A stretch of 64,000 nt of DNA from an uncultured Flavobacteriales bacterium. GTDB taxonomy: Bacteria > Bacteroidota > Bacteroidia > Flavobacteriales_D > Crocinitomicaceae. The stretch covers positions 765 through 64,764 of the forward strand of contig CAYRMV010000002.1 in NCBI GenBank assembly GCA_964425255.1, in the 5' to 3' direction. Under the pieces are notes generated by a model. It saw only the letters and a program-made list of their open reading frames with translations, did no database searches and was not told the origin of the DNA. This document shows, in pieces, positions 25,994-35,322 of the stretch; positions within the stretch are counted from its first letter, which is position 1, and every line of letters begins with the position of its first letter. The position numbers and the translations under genes were made by a program.

Positions 25994-26023
25994 TTTGCAA
26001 AATTGATATATATTTGCAAAATT
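25994..26023. promoter_or_regulatory. twin TTTGCAAAATT boxes (palindromic core TTTGCAAA) overlapping a TATATTTG -7 box
   Basis: Copies at 25994-26004 and 26013-26023, 19 bp apart. TATATTTG at 26009-26016, directly upstream of the InsA-like gene. Confidence 0.4.
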
Positions 26024-26035
26024 AATGTCTTTTTT

Positions 26036-26458
26036 ATGCGATTCAACAAAAAATGTCCAAAATGCGGCTCTGAAAGTGTTGTCAAAAGTGGGGTTGTTGC
26101 CGACAGACAACGCTATCGTTGTAAACAATGTTCGTACCATTTTTCCGTTGATAAATTAGGGAAAGAGATTGATAATTATTTTGTTGTGAAAGCATTACAA
26201 CTTTATTTAGAAGGGGTTAGTTTTAGAGAAATCGAACGGATCCTTGGAGTTAGTCATGTTACGGTTTCCAATTGGGTTAAAAAACACGGAATTCAACGTC
26301 CTATAAACACAACCTATCACCCAAGTTACCGAATTTTGACGCAATCCGAGTTACTTGAATACTTCTCAAACAAAGAGAATACAATTGGTAAAGGAATGAT
26401 TTTGACAGAAGTAGGGGATAAATTTATGCTTATTAAGTGGGATCGTTTTAAAGAATAA
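26036..26458 (+). CDS. IS1 InsA-like zinc-ribbon + HTH protein, solitary (no transposase partner)
   Basis: CPKCGSESVVKSG...YRCKQCSYHF zinc ribbon followed by the HTH LEGVSFREIERILGVSHVTVSNWVKKHG. ATG at 26036. Confidence 0.65.
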   Translation: MRFNKKCPKCGSESVVKSGVVADRQRYRCKQCSYHFSVDKLGKEIDNYFVVKALQLYLEGVSFREIERILGVSHVTVSNWVKKHGIQRPINTTYHPSYRILTQSELLEYFSNKENTIGKGMILTEVGDKFMLIKWDRFKE

Positions 26459-26556
26459 CGATATACTTAACAAAAATATACATAGCTTTTTGTTGTTTTA
26501 GGGTTTTTTCATCACTTAGCCCAAACGAAAACACCAAAAACGAAAAACAAAACGCT

Positions 26557-27882
26557 ATGAAAACGAGATTAATACATCTTCTTGTTTGTATGACTGGATT
26601 AAGTTTCCATCAGTACAGTCAAGCGCAAGGTTATCCCAACTACGACATTGGATTAAAAGTGAAATTGAGCGAAGATGGTTCCCGCTATTTTCGTATGATT
26701 AATTGGCATCAGGTCTGGCTTCGCGCCAATGAAAACAATACAGGAAGTACGATGTCCGGTGAAAGTCAATCTACTTCGTATGATATCAGTCTTCGCAGAT
26801 CTCGCTTTTTGACGTATGCCCAACTTTCTGATAAATTTCTAATCTTAACCCACTTTGGAATCAACAATCAAAGTGCTGTGAGTGGAGGTTTGAATGCAGC
26901 AAACGGAAAAAAACCTCAACTTTTTATGCACGATGTCTATTTGGATTATAAAATTTATAAATCTTACTTAAATATCGGTGCTGGTTTGCACTATTGGAAT
27001 GGTATTTCGCGAATTACTAGTGCTTCAACACTCAACTTTATGACCATCGATGCCCCGATTTTTAACTGGGCAAACATTGATAAATCCGATCAGTTTGCTC
27101 GCTATTTAGGTGTTTTCGCTAAAGGTCAGATTGGAAAAATCGATTACCGTCTTTCGATGAATGATCCTTTTCAAGCCAATGAAACCATGGCTATTGCAAC
27201 CAATATTTCTGATTACAATCCAAAAGCGACCAACTTTAATTATGCGGGTTATGCATTTTATCAGTTTTTTGATAAAGAAAGTAACTTATTGCCTTTCTTA
27301 GTTGGAACCTATTTGGGATCTAAAAAAGTATTAAATGTTGGATTTGGTTTTCAACACCAAAAAGATGCCATGTGGTATCGTTCTCAATCTGGAGACACCT
27401 TGAATCACAACCAAACACTTCTTTCTGCGGATGTTTTTTTGGATTTGCCTCTTAGCAAAGAACGGAAAGATGCTGTTACGTTTTATGGAGTATATTATAG
27501 TTACGATTTCGGGCCGAATTATTTGCGGACAATCGGAATCTTGAATCCAGTTACCGGTGGAGGTACTCATCGTGGAAATGCGGTGCCAACCATCGGTACA
27601 GGTTCAATTACCTATGGGCAATTAGGATATTTACTTCCCGATTTTACAAAGAAAATGCGTATTCAACCCTATATAGCTCATTCCTATTCTCGCTTTAGTG
27701 GATACCGAAATGCGGCTGACGAAATCGTACCAATTCATGTTACGGATGCTGGAATTAATTTTTATCTAGCAGGACATCATTCTAAATGGACAATCAACTA
27801 CCGAAATAGACCAGATGCAACAAATCCAAATGAGTTGAAAAACCGAAGTGAATTGACACTTCAATGGATGATTTATTTATAA
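26557..27882 (+). CDS. putative outer-membrane beta-barrel porin
   Basis: Signal peptide, alternating amphipathic beta-strand-like sequence rich in Y/G/N, and a hydrophobic C-terminal strand LTLQWMIYL. First gene of the acetate cluster. Confidence 0.5.
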   Translation: MKTRLIHLLVCMTGLSFHQYSQAQGYPNYDIGLKVKLSEDGSRYFRMINWHQVWLRANENNTGSTMSGESQSTSYDISLRRSRFLTYAQLSDKFLILTHFGINNQSAVSGGLNAANGKKPQLFMHDVYLDYKIYKSYLNIGAGLHYWNGISRITSASTLNFMTIDAPIFNWANIDKSDQFARYLGVFAKGQIGKIDYRLSMNDPFQANETMAIATNISDYNPKATNFNYAGYAFYQFFDKESNLLPFLVGTYLGSKKVLNVGFGFQHQKDAMWYRSQSGDTLNHNQTLLSADVFLDLPLSKERKDAVTFYGVYYSYDFGPNYLRTIGILNPVTGGGTHRGNAVPTIGTGSITYGQLGYLLPDFTKKMRIQPYIAHSYSRFSGYRNAADEIVPIHVTDAGINFYLAGHHSKWTINYRNRPDATNPNELKNRSELTLQWMIYL

Positions 27883-27912
27883 ACAAGCTAAAATCAAAAA
27901 TAAAACAACACT

Positions 27913-29427
27913 ATGAGTACAGAAGCTAAAAACAATGTTGTAAAAGTAATCGGTGCTTCCTCCTTGGGAACGTTGATCGAATGGTATGACTTTTACATTT
28001 TCGGAAGTTTAGCAACCATTATTGGTTCTAAGTTATTCCCATCGGATGCAGGTGCTTCCGCATTAATTAACACCCTGGCGATTTTCGCTGCAGGATTTAT
28101 TGTCCGTCCTTTCGGAGCCTTGGTATTTGGCCGTTTAGGAGATTTAATTGGTCGTAAGTATACTTTCTTACTTACTCTTGTATTAATGGGTGGATCAACC
28201 TTTTTAATCGGATTGATTCCTTCGTATGAAACCATTGGTTATGCTGCTCCCATTTTAGTTTTAATTCTTCGTTTGGTACAAGGTTTAGCTTTAGGGGGAG
28301 AATATGGTGGTGCGGCTACGTATGTAGCAGAACATGCTCCTCATGGTAAACGCGGTTTTTTCACCAGTTGGATTCAAACTACTGCTACACTTGGTCTTTT
28401 TATTTCTTTAGGTGTCATTGTAATGACCAAAAACTTGCTTGGTAATGAAACTTTCTCAGATTGGGGCTGGAGAATTCCATTTTTGGTTTCGATCTTACTC
28501 GTGGTTGTTTCCATCTACATTCGAATGAAAATGCATGAATCACCTGAGTTTACCAAATTGAAATCAGAAGGAAAAGTGTCTAAAAATCCGTTGCGTGATA
28601 GCTTTAGCAAAAAAGCAAATTTCAAAATGGTGTTATTGGCATTATTTGGTGCTGCAATGGGTCAGGGAGTGATTTGGTATACAGGACAATTTTATGCGCA
28701 ATCATTTATAGAAAATACCTGTAAAGTCGATTTCAATGATTCGCGTTATATTTTACTTTGGGCAATTGCATTTGGGACACCATTCTTTGTTGTTTTCGGC
28801 GCTTTGAGTGATAAAATTGGACGTAAATGGATCATGATGACGGGAATGCTGTTAGGGGTTTTACTTTACAGACCGATTTATCAAAACTTTTTGGATAGTA
28901 CAGATTTTGCTAAGTTTGAAAAAACGGAGTTAAAATCGACTGGAGAAACAGAAATAGTGAAAGGATTAGCTGCAAATGGTAAAGACTCTGTGATTACGGA
29001 AACTACCTTAAAAACCTTAAACAGTGGTGCAACTTACAAAGAAGTGAAAACAACTACATTTTCTGCTGATAATTCCGTTGCTCCTATCGAAACCATTGTG
29101 TTGAAAGATAAAACCTTGGATCAAGGAACTTTTTGGAAATTTGTGTTTTTAGTCTTTTTCCAAATCATTTTGGTAACGATGGTCTATGGTCCAATCGCTG
29201 CTTTCTTAGTGGAATTATTCCCAACCAAAATCCGTTATACTTCCATGTCTTTACCATATCACATCGGGAATGGTGTTTTTGGAGGCTTAGTACCTTTTAT
29301 TTCTACATTAATTATTAGTTATCCAGGCACGACACCATTGTCAGGACTTTGGTATCCAATTGGTATTGCTGCCATTTGTTTCATCATTGGTTCGGTTTAT
29401 TTGAGTGCAAATACTCACAAAAGATAA
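27913..29427 (+). CDS. MFS transporter, metabolite:H+ symporter (MHS)-like
   Basis: N-terminal LGTLIEWYDFYIFGSLA and GRLGDLIGRKYT motifs typical of MHS-family MFS transporters. About 12 TM segments with a long central soluble insert. Confidence 0.8.
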   Translation: MSTEAKNNVVKVIGASSLGTLIEWYDFYIFGSLATIIGSKLFPSDAGASALINTLAIFAAGFIVRPFGALVFGRLGDLIGRKYTFLLTLVLMGGSTFLIGLIPSYETIGYAAPILVLILRLVQGLALGGEYGGAATYVAEHAPHGKRGFFTSWIQTTATLGLFISLGVIVMTKNLLGNETFSDWGWRIPFLVSILLVVVSIYIRMKMHESPEFTKLKSEGKVSKNPLRDSFSKKANFKMVLLALFGAAMGQGVIWYTGQFYAQSFIENTCKVDFNDSRYILLWAIAFGTPFFVVFGALSDKIGRKWIMMTGMLLGVLLYRPIYQNFLDSTDFAKFEKTELKSTGETEIVKGLAANGKDSVITETTLKTLNSGATYKEVKTTTFSADNSVAPIETIVLKDKTLDQGTFWKFVFLVFFQIILVTMVYGPIAAFLVELFPTKIRYTSMSLPYHIGNGVFGGLVPFISTLIISYPGTTPLSGLWYPIGIAAICFIIGSVYLSANTHKR

Positions 29428-29456
29428 GATTGATTTTAGTTAAAAAAAATTGAAAT

Positions 29457-29708
29457 ATGAAAGCAATTAGAATGATATTAGGAATTATTTGGATCGTGGT
29501 TGCACCAACTTCAGTGGTATTACTAACCATGCAAATGATTGAAAAAATAGCGCAAGCTCCAGCAGGAACAGAACGCTTAAATACGTCCTTACAATGGGGA
29601 ATTATCCTCTTTATTTTTATTCCCGTAGCACTCGGTCTACTCCGTTTTGGTATGTATTCGGTGAAAGGGGAGTATGAAAATATTGAAGATTTGGAAGAAG
29701 AGGATTAA
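29457..29708 (+). CDS. small hypothetical membrane protein
   Basis: 83 aa with two hydrophobic segments and an acidic tail EDLEEED. Confidence 0.4.
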   Translation: MKAIRMILGIIWIVVAPTSVVLLTMQMIEKIAQAPAGTERLNTSLQWGIILFIFIPVALGLLRFGMYSVKGEYENIEDLEEED

Positions 29709-29801
29709 GGAAAAATTAATTGTATATTTGAATGAGGCTGTTTGCTAAAAAAAGAAATAGCCTCATTCTCGTTTCTTTCGTTGTCAGATAAAGAATTAAA
29801 A

Positions 29802-29993
29802 ATGAATAAGAAAAAACATACGACTTTATATCTTTTTTTGGGAATTTTGTCTCTTGTGATGATCAACTATCCAATGTTGGCTTATTTCAAAGATATTCAA
29901 GTTGCAGGTTTTCCTTTTGTTTTGATTTATTTGTGTCTAATCGCTTTACTAATTTCACTTTCTGGGTACTTCCTTTACAAGAAAGATAAATAA
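29802..29993 (+). CDS. small hypothetical two-TM membrane protein directly upstream of the sensor kinase
   Basis: ATG at 29802 (MNKKKHTTLYLFLGILSLVMINYP...). The stop is 7 nt before the kinase start. Confidence 0.4.
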   Translation: MNKKKHTTLYLFLGILSLVMINYPMLAYFKDIQVAGFPFVLIYLCLIALLISLSGYFLYKKDK

Positions 29994-30000
29994 GAAACGT

Positions 30001-32682
30001 ATGTTTGGTGGATCGATTTTTATAGCATTAATCTTGTATTTAGCATTGCTTTTTGGAATTGCTTATAAGATCGATTTATCCAAAAAATGGCGAAAACGAA
30101 TTGGAAGCAGTGCTCCGATTTATGCACTCACATTAGCTGTTTATTGTTCTGCTTGGACTTTTTTTGGAAGTGTTGGCGCTGCCTCTACGTATAGTATCGA
30201 GTTTTTAACCATTTATCTAGGTCCGATCGTTGCTACTCCTTTTCTGTGGATTGTTTACCGAAAAATTATTCGTATTTCTCGTGCACAAGGGATTTCATCC
30301 ATGGCTGATTTTATTTCAACACGCTACAACAAAAGTATCTTTCTAAATCGCTTGGTTACCGTTTTACTCCTTGTTGGTATTATTCCCTATATTGCTTTGC
30401 AAATTACGGGTATTGAACGGGGTGTGGAAACATGCATTTCGTGGGACAGCAAAACAGTTACACGAACTTTGTTTGGTGGTTATGTTGATATTGCACTTGT
30501 TATTTCAGTCGGTTTAGGCTTGTTTTTAGTCTTATTCACAACACGACATTTACAAGAACATTCACGAGATAAAGGCTTGATAGGTGCAATTGCATTTGAG
30601 TCGATTGTGAAACTCGTCGTTTTCATTGTTTTTGGAATTTACATTTGTTATTATATCTTTTCTGATCAAAGTGAAGTTTATCAATTATTACCAGAAAAGG
30701 GACTAAAAATAAACGAAGCGGATAGTTATTCACAGTGGTTTGGAATGATGATTCTCTCCGGATTAGCTTTCTTTTTCCTGCCAAGACAATTTGAAGTGGG
30801 CGTTTTTTCCATCCAAAATGAAGACCAACTGAAAAAAGCCATTTGGATGTTTCCTTTGTATTTGGTCTTGATTAATTTGTTTGTTATTCCGATTGCTATT
30901 GCAGGAAATCATTTTTTTGCTGGTACAAACATCAACAAAGATACCTATATGTTGGCTTTGCCATTGATGCATAATCATGGTTGGATGGCCTTGTTGGTTT
31001 TACTCGGTGGTTTTTCCGCTGCAAGTGGAATGATTATCGTTTCAACGCACGCCATCAGTAAAATGGTTGCTAATTCGATTCTAATTCCATCTTTTATCGA
31101 TCGTCCATTTGTTTTAAAACGGTTTAAAGGGAAAGACCATAAAATTCCCGTTTTTTTCCGTCGAATCAGTATTTTATTGGTTTTGTTGGCAGCTTATTTT
31201 TACTACAAATTTGTCGCAATCGAATATTCATTGATTTCCATCGGGTTGGTTTCTTTCATTGCTGTTGCACAGTTTTCGCCAGCCATTTTAGGCGGAATTT
31301 TTTGGCGACATGGAAACGAACGGGGGGTCATTGCAGGAATTTTTGGTGGGTTTTTAATTTGGTTTTTCTTTTTAGTCCTTCCAACTTTGTTCGGAAACCA
31401 ATTGTCCAATGATTACATGTATTTTGTCTCTCAATCCATTGATTCCAATCCGGGATCGGTGATAACTTCCGTGTTTTTCTGGTCCATGTTTGTCAATTTA
31501 TCGCTTTATATTTCGGTGTCTCTGTTCACGAAACAAAGTCACTTGGAGCGAAATCAAGCAGAAATTTTTGTCCATATTTATAATTATTCTGAAACTATTG
31601 ACTCACGTGTAGTTTGGAAAGGACGTGTGATGCTTATGGATATTCAATCACTTTTAGGTCGTTTTTTAGGAGAACAAAGAGCCAAATACGAATTGATCAC
31701 CTTTGCAGAAAAAAATAAAATTAATCTGAATGAAGAAGGGGAATTGAATGATCCTAGATTGGTTCACCACGTGGAAAAATTATTAAGCAACATGATTGGT
31801 TCGTCCTCAGCACGGATTTTGGTTTCATCTGTTTCAAAAGAAGATCAACTTTCGATGGAGGATGTAGTAGATATTTTGGAAGAATCTCAAAAGTTAATCC
31901 TACTAAACCATGAATTAAACAAAACGTCGCAAGAATTAAAGCGGATATCGGAAGCATTGCGATTGGCGAACAAAAAATTGAAAGAAACGGATATGCTCAA
32001 AGATGAATTTTTGTATACCGTAACACACGAATTAAGAACTCCACTCACAAGCATCAAGGCACTTACTGAAATTTTAGCTGAAGACGACGAGGTACCAGAT
32101 GAAACGCGTAAAGAATTTTTAAATACAATCGAAAAAGAATCGAATCGGATGACGAGACTGATTTCTCAAGTGTTGGATTTGGAGAATTTTGAATCAGGCA
32201 AACATCAGCTTGTGATAGAACAAATCGATTTTCAGGATTTACTTCGTGATTGTACAAATGCTATGGAGGAAGTGTTTCGAAAAAATGGAATTCAATTTCA
32301 TTTGAATATTCAAAACACGATTCCGCCGATTCAGTTAGATGTCGATCGAATTACACAAGTTGTTCTTAATTTATTAGCAAATGCAGTTAAATATTGTGAT
32401 CGTGAAAATGGTGAAATTTGGCTGAATGTATATCAATTGGATTTTTCAATACAAGTGGATGTATTAGACAATGGTTTGGGTGTTAAACAGGAAATGAATC
32501 AAATTATCTTTGAAAAGTTCTTTCAAGCTAAAAATCAAACCATTCGAAAACCCAAAGGAAGCGGCCTAGGATTGGCGATTTCTAAAAAAATTATACAACT
32601 TCATGACGGAAAAATTTGGGTGGAAGAAAACACCCCCCATGGAGCTAAATTCTCATTTACATTACCTATAAATCAAGGATAA
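30001..32682 (+). CDS. sensor histidine kinase with N-terminal sodium:solute-symporter-like (SLC5) membrane domain (CbrA/CrbS-like)
   Basis: About 500 aa of polytopic membrane domain, then a coiled coil. H-box FLYTVTHELRTPLTSI, N-box LLANAVKY, G1 DNGLGV and G2 GSGLGLAI. Confidence 0.8.
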   Translation: MFGGSIFIALILYLALLFGIAYKIDLSKKWRKRIGSSAPIYALTLAVYCSAWTFFGSVGAASTYSIEFLTIYLGPIVATPFLWIVYRKIIRISRAQGISSMADFISTRYNKSIFLNRLVTVLLLVGIIPYIALQITGIERGVETCISWDSKTVTRTLFGGYVDIALVISVGLGLFLVLFTTRHLQEHSRDKGLIGAIAFESIVKLVVFIVFGIYICYYIFSDQSEVYQLLPEKGLKINEADSYSQWFGMMILSGLAFFFLPRQFEVGVFSIQNEDQLKKAIWMFPLYLVLINLFVIPIAIAGNHFFAGTNINKDTYMLALPLMHNHGWMALLVLLGGFSAASGMIIVSTHAISKMVANSILIPSFIDRPFVLKRFKGKDHKIPVFFRRISILLVLLAAYFYYKFVAIEYSLISIGLVSFIAVAQFSPAILGGIFWRHGNERGVIAGIFGGFLIWFFFLVLPTLFGNQLSNDYMYFVSQSIDSNPGSVITSVFFWSMFVNLSLYISVSLFTKQSHLERNQAEIFVHIYNYSETIDSRVVWKGRVMLMDIQSLLGRFLGEQRAKYELITFAEKNKINLNEEGELNDPRLVHHVEKLLSNMIGSSSARILVSSVSKEDQLSMEDVVDILEESQKLILLNHELNKTSQELKRISEALRLANKKLKETDMLKDEFLYTVTHELRTPLTSIKALTEILAEDDEVPDETRKEFLNTIEKESNRMTRLISQVLDLENFESGKHQLVIEQIDFQDLLRDCTNAMEEVFRKNGIQFHLNIQNTIPPIQLDVDRITQVVLNLLANAVKYCDRENGEIWLNVYQLDFSIQVDVLDNGLGVKQEMNQIIFEKFFQAKNQTIRKPKGSGLGLAISKKIIQLHDGKIWVEENTPHGAKFSFTLPINQG

Positions 32683-32683
32683 A

Positions 32684-33058
32684 ATGCAGCAGAAAAGTAA
32701 AAAAATACTCATTGTAGACGATGAACCAAACATTGTCCTTTCCCTCGATTATTTGGTTAGAAAAAATGGCTATATTCCTTTCATTGCTCGAAATGGAACA
32801 GAAGCATTAATCCTAGCAATGAACGAAAAACCGGATTTGGTGCTCTTGGATATTATGATGCCCGATGTGGATGGTTTTGAGGTTTGTCGTCAAATTCGAT
32901 CCAACTCAGATTTAGCAGATACAAAAATTATTTTCCTTTCAGCCAAATCACGAAGGGAGGATATTGAACGTGGTTTAGCGGAAGGAGCAAACAGTTATAT
33001 CACGAAGCCTTTTAGTACGAAACAAATTATGCTCGAAATAAAAAAATTAATTGAATAA
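32684..33058 (+). CDS. stand-alone receiver-domain response regulator (CheY-like, no output domain)
   Basis: ILIVDDEPNIV, DLVLLDIMMPDVDG and FLSAKS. Only 124 aa. Starts 1 nt after the kinase stop. Confidence 0.85.
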   Translation: MQQKSKKILIVDDEPNIVLSLDYLVRKNGYIPFIARNGTEALILAMNEKPDLVLLDIMMPDVDGFEVCRQIRSNSDLADTKIIFLSAKSRREDIERGLAEGANSYITKPFSTKQIMLEIKKLIE

Positions 33059-33075
33059 AACCAAAAACAAAGAAT

Positions 33076-34974
33076 ATGAATAAGTTACAAATTAAAAGTT
33101 TTGATGAATATCAAGAGAAATACAAGCAAAGTGTTGAGGATCCTGCAGGATTTTGGGGCGAAATAGCCGAAGAATTTCAATGGATGAAAAAATGGGACTC
33201 TGTCCTTGAATGGAATTTTGACGAACCGAAAATCGAATGGTTCAAAGGGGCTAAATTGAATATTACCGAAAATGTGTTGGATCGTCACTTAGCAAAAAGA
33301 GGAAATAAATTGGCACTAATCTGGGAACCCAATGACCCGAAACAACGCTTTATTCGCTATACTTACCGCGAATTACATGATTTGGTATGTCAGTTCGCTA
33401 ATTCATTAAAATCACAAGGGGTTCAAAAAGGAGATCGTGTTTGTATCTACATGCCGATGATTCCTGAACTAACGGTTGCTGTTCTAGCTTGCGCGCGCAT
33501 TGGTGCAGTTCATTCTGTAATCTTTGCTGGATTCTCTGCAAATGCTGTAGCTGACCGTGTTAATGATGCGGAAGCTAAAATGATTATAACAGCAGATGGT
33601 TTGAATCGGGGTGCAAAACAAATTCCACTCAAACGAGTAGTGGATGAAGCTCTTGAAATGTGTGCGTCAGTTGAGAAAGTAATCGTTTTTGATTGCTTAG
33701 GTTGGTTGCCTCACATGAAAGAAGGTAGAGATTTGTGGTGGCACGATGTCATCCAAGGTGAATCCAAAGTTTGCCCTGCTGAACCAATGGATGCGGAAGA
33801 TATGTTATTTATTTTATACACTTCGGGTTCTACAGGAAAACCAAAAGGGGTGGTGCATACTTGCGGAGGTTATATGGTTTATACGGCATACACTTTTCAA
33901 AATGTATATCAATATGATGAATCTGATATTTATTGGTGTACTGCAGATGTTGGCTGGATTACTGGTCACTCGTACATCATTTATGGACCGCTTTTATCGG
34001 GTGCAACAACTGTGATGTTTGAAGGAATTCCTACTTATCCAGATGCAGGTCGTTTTTGGCAAGTAATAGATAAGCATGGTGTGAATCAATTCTTGACCGC
34101 TCCAACTGCTATCCGTTCTTTGATGGCGTATGGGGAAGATCATGTTTTATCTTATAGCTTAGATTCGTTGAAAGTAATCGGTTCTGTAGGTGAACCAATT
34201 AATGAAGAAGCTTGGAAATGGTATTATTTGCATGTTGGAAAAGAGAAATGCCCAGTTGTTGACAATTGGTGGCAAACGGAAACGGGAGGAATCATGATTT
34301 CTGGAATAGGTTCGATTTCTCCTATGAAACCAACCTATGCAGGGTATCCTTTACCTGGTGTTCAACCGGTGTTATTGGATCAAGAAGGAAATGAAATCCA
34401 AGAAGCAAATATTGAAGGTTATTTGTGTATCAAACATCCATGGCCTTCCATGTTACGCACTACTTTCGGGGATCATGAGCGTTGCCGTGTAACTTATTTT
34501 TCTCATTACAATGGTTATTATTTTACTGGAGACGGTGCTAAACGGGACGAATCGGGCATGTATCGTATCATCGGAAGAATTGATGATGTAATCAATGTAT
34601 CTGGTCATCGTTTTGGTACAGCAGAAATCGAAAATGCGATCAACACAAATAAAATGGTGATTGAATCTGCTGTTGTTGGTTATCCTCACCCAGTGAAAGG
34701 TCAATCGATTTATGCTTTTGTGGTATGTGATAGTGCACCAGAAGACCTAGCAATGGCGCGTGGTGAAGTGGTCGAATCGGTGGTTGCAGAAATAGGAAAA
34801 ATTGCTGTTCCAGAAAAAATTCAATTTGTCTCTGGTTTGCCAAAAACACGATCAGGAAAAATTATGAGACGAATTTTACGCAAAGTGGCGGAAGGCGATG
34901 TTTCTAGCTTAGGGGATACTTCTACATTATTAGATCCTCAAATTGTGGATGAAATTGTTTCAAATGCTTTATAA
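33076..34974 (+). CDS. acs: acetate--CoA ligase (acetyl-CoA synthetase)
   Basis: FWGEIAEEFQW, YTSGSTGKPKGV, WWQTETGG, and LPKTRSGKIMRRILRK with the acetylated-lysine context. Length is 632 aa. Confidence 0.95.
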   Translation: MNKLQIKSFDEYQEKYKQSVEDPAGFWGEIAEEFQWMKKWDSVLEWNFDEPKIEWFKGAKLNITENVLDRHLAKRGNKLALIWEPNDPKQRFIRYTYRELHDLVCQFANSLKSQGVQKGDRVCIYMPMIPELTVAVLACARIGAVHSVIFAGFSANAVADRVNDAEAKMIITADGLNRGAKQIPLKRVVDEALEMCASVEKVIVFDCLGWLPHMKEGRDLWWHDVIQGESKVCPAEPMDAEDMLFILYTSGSTGKPKGVVHTCGGYMVYTAYTFQNVYQYDESDIYWCTADVGWITGHSYIIYGPLLSGATTVMFEGIPTYPDAGRFWQVIDKHGVNQFLTAPTAIRSLMAYGEDHVLSYSLDSLKVIGSVGEPINEEAWKWYYLHVGKEKCPVVDNWWQTETGGIMISGIGSISPMKPTYAGYPLPGVQPVLLDQEGNEIQEANIEGYLCIKHPWPSMLRTTFGDHERCRVTYFSHYNGYYFTGDGAKRDESGMYRIIGRIDDVINVSGHRFGTAEIENAINTNKMVIESAVVGYPHPVKGQSIYAFVVCDSAPEDLAMARGEVVESVVAEIGKIAVPEKIQFVSGLPKTRSGKIMRRILRKVAEGDVSSLGDTSTLLDPQIVDEIVSNAL

Positions 34975-34992
34975 AAAGGATCAAAAACAGGT

Positions 34993-35026
34993 AAAAAGTG
35001 CATTTTCGGGTGCACTTTTTTTGTTT
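34993..35026 (+). terminator. intrinsic terminator of acs
   Basis: Stem AAAAAGTGCA / TGCACTTTTT with loop TTTTCGGG, followed by a T-run. Confidence 0.7.
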
Positions 35027-35220
35027 TTCGTCCAAATTGAGGGGCTAGCCCCCTATTTATCCCTATGTGTTCATAGTATATTTGTATACACCATCATTGG
35101 AACTACTACTACAAATGTTTCAGTAATGTGAGCATAGTTGAAAAGCAGTTTTTGAAGTTTACTGTTAGGTTAGGTATTAGAGAGACTATGTGAAGTTTTT
35201 AGGAGTTATTGATTTACAGA

Positions 35221-35245
35221 AGCCCGGATTTTTTCGGGCTTTTGT
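35221..35245. terminator. hairpin AGCCCGG-ATTTTTT-CGGGCT followed by TTTTG on the + strand
   Basis: 6-7-bp GC-rich stem with the T-run only on the + strand. Lies about 80 nt downstream of the stop of the minus-strand regulator gene. Confidence 0.45.
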
Positions 35246-35322
35246 AGTTTATTTCATTTTTATATTTACCTAAATTGGTAATCCGTTAATTTTCAAGAAA
35301 TTATTTTCGTAATAGAATAAAT

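Noticed and set aside
26036-26458. A complete IS1-family element
   Set aside because: Only the InsA-like part is present. I could find no InsB frame, no A6C-type frameshift site and no terminal inverted repeats in the flanks.
35041-35052. 12-bp perfect palindrome GGGGCTAGCCCC
   Set aside because: It occurs once in the window, is too short to assign a function, and is not followed by a T-run.
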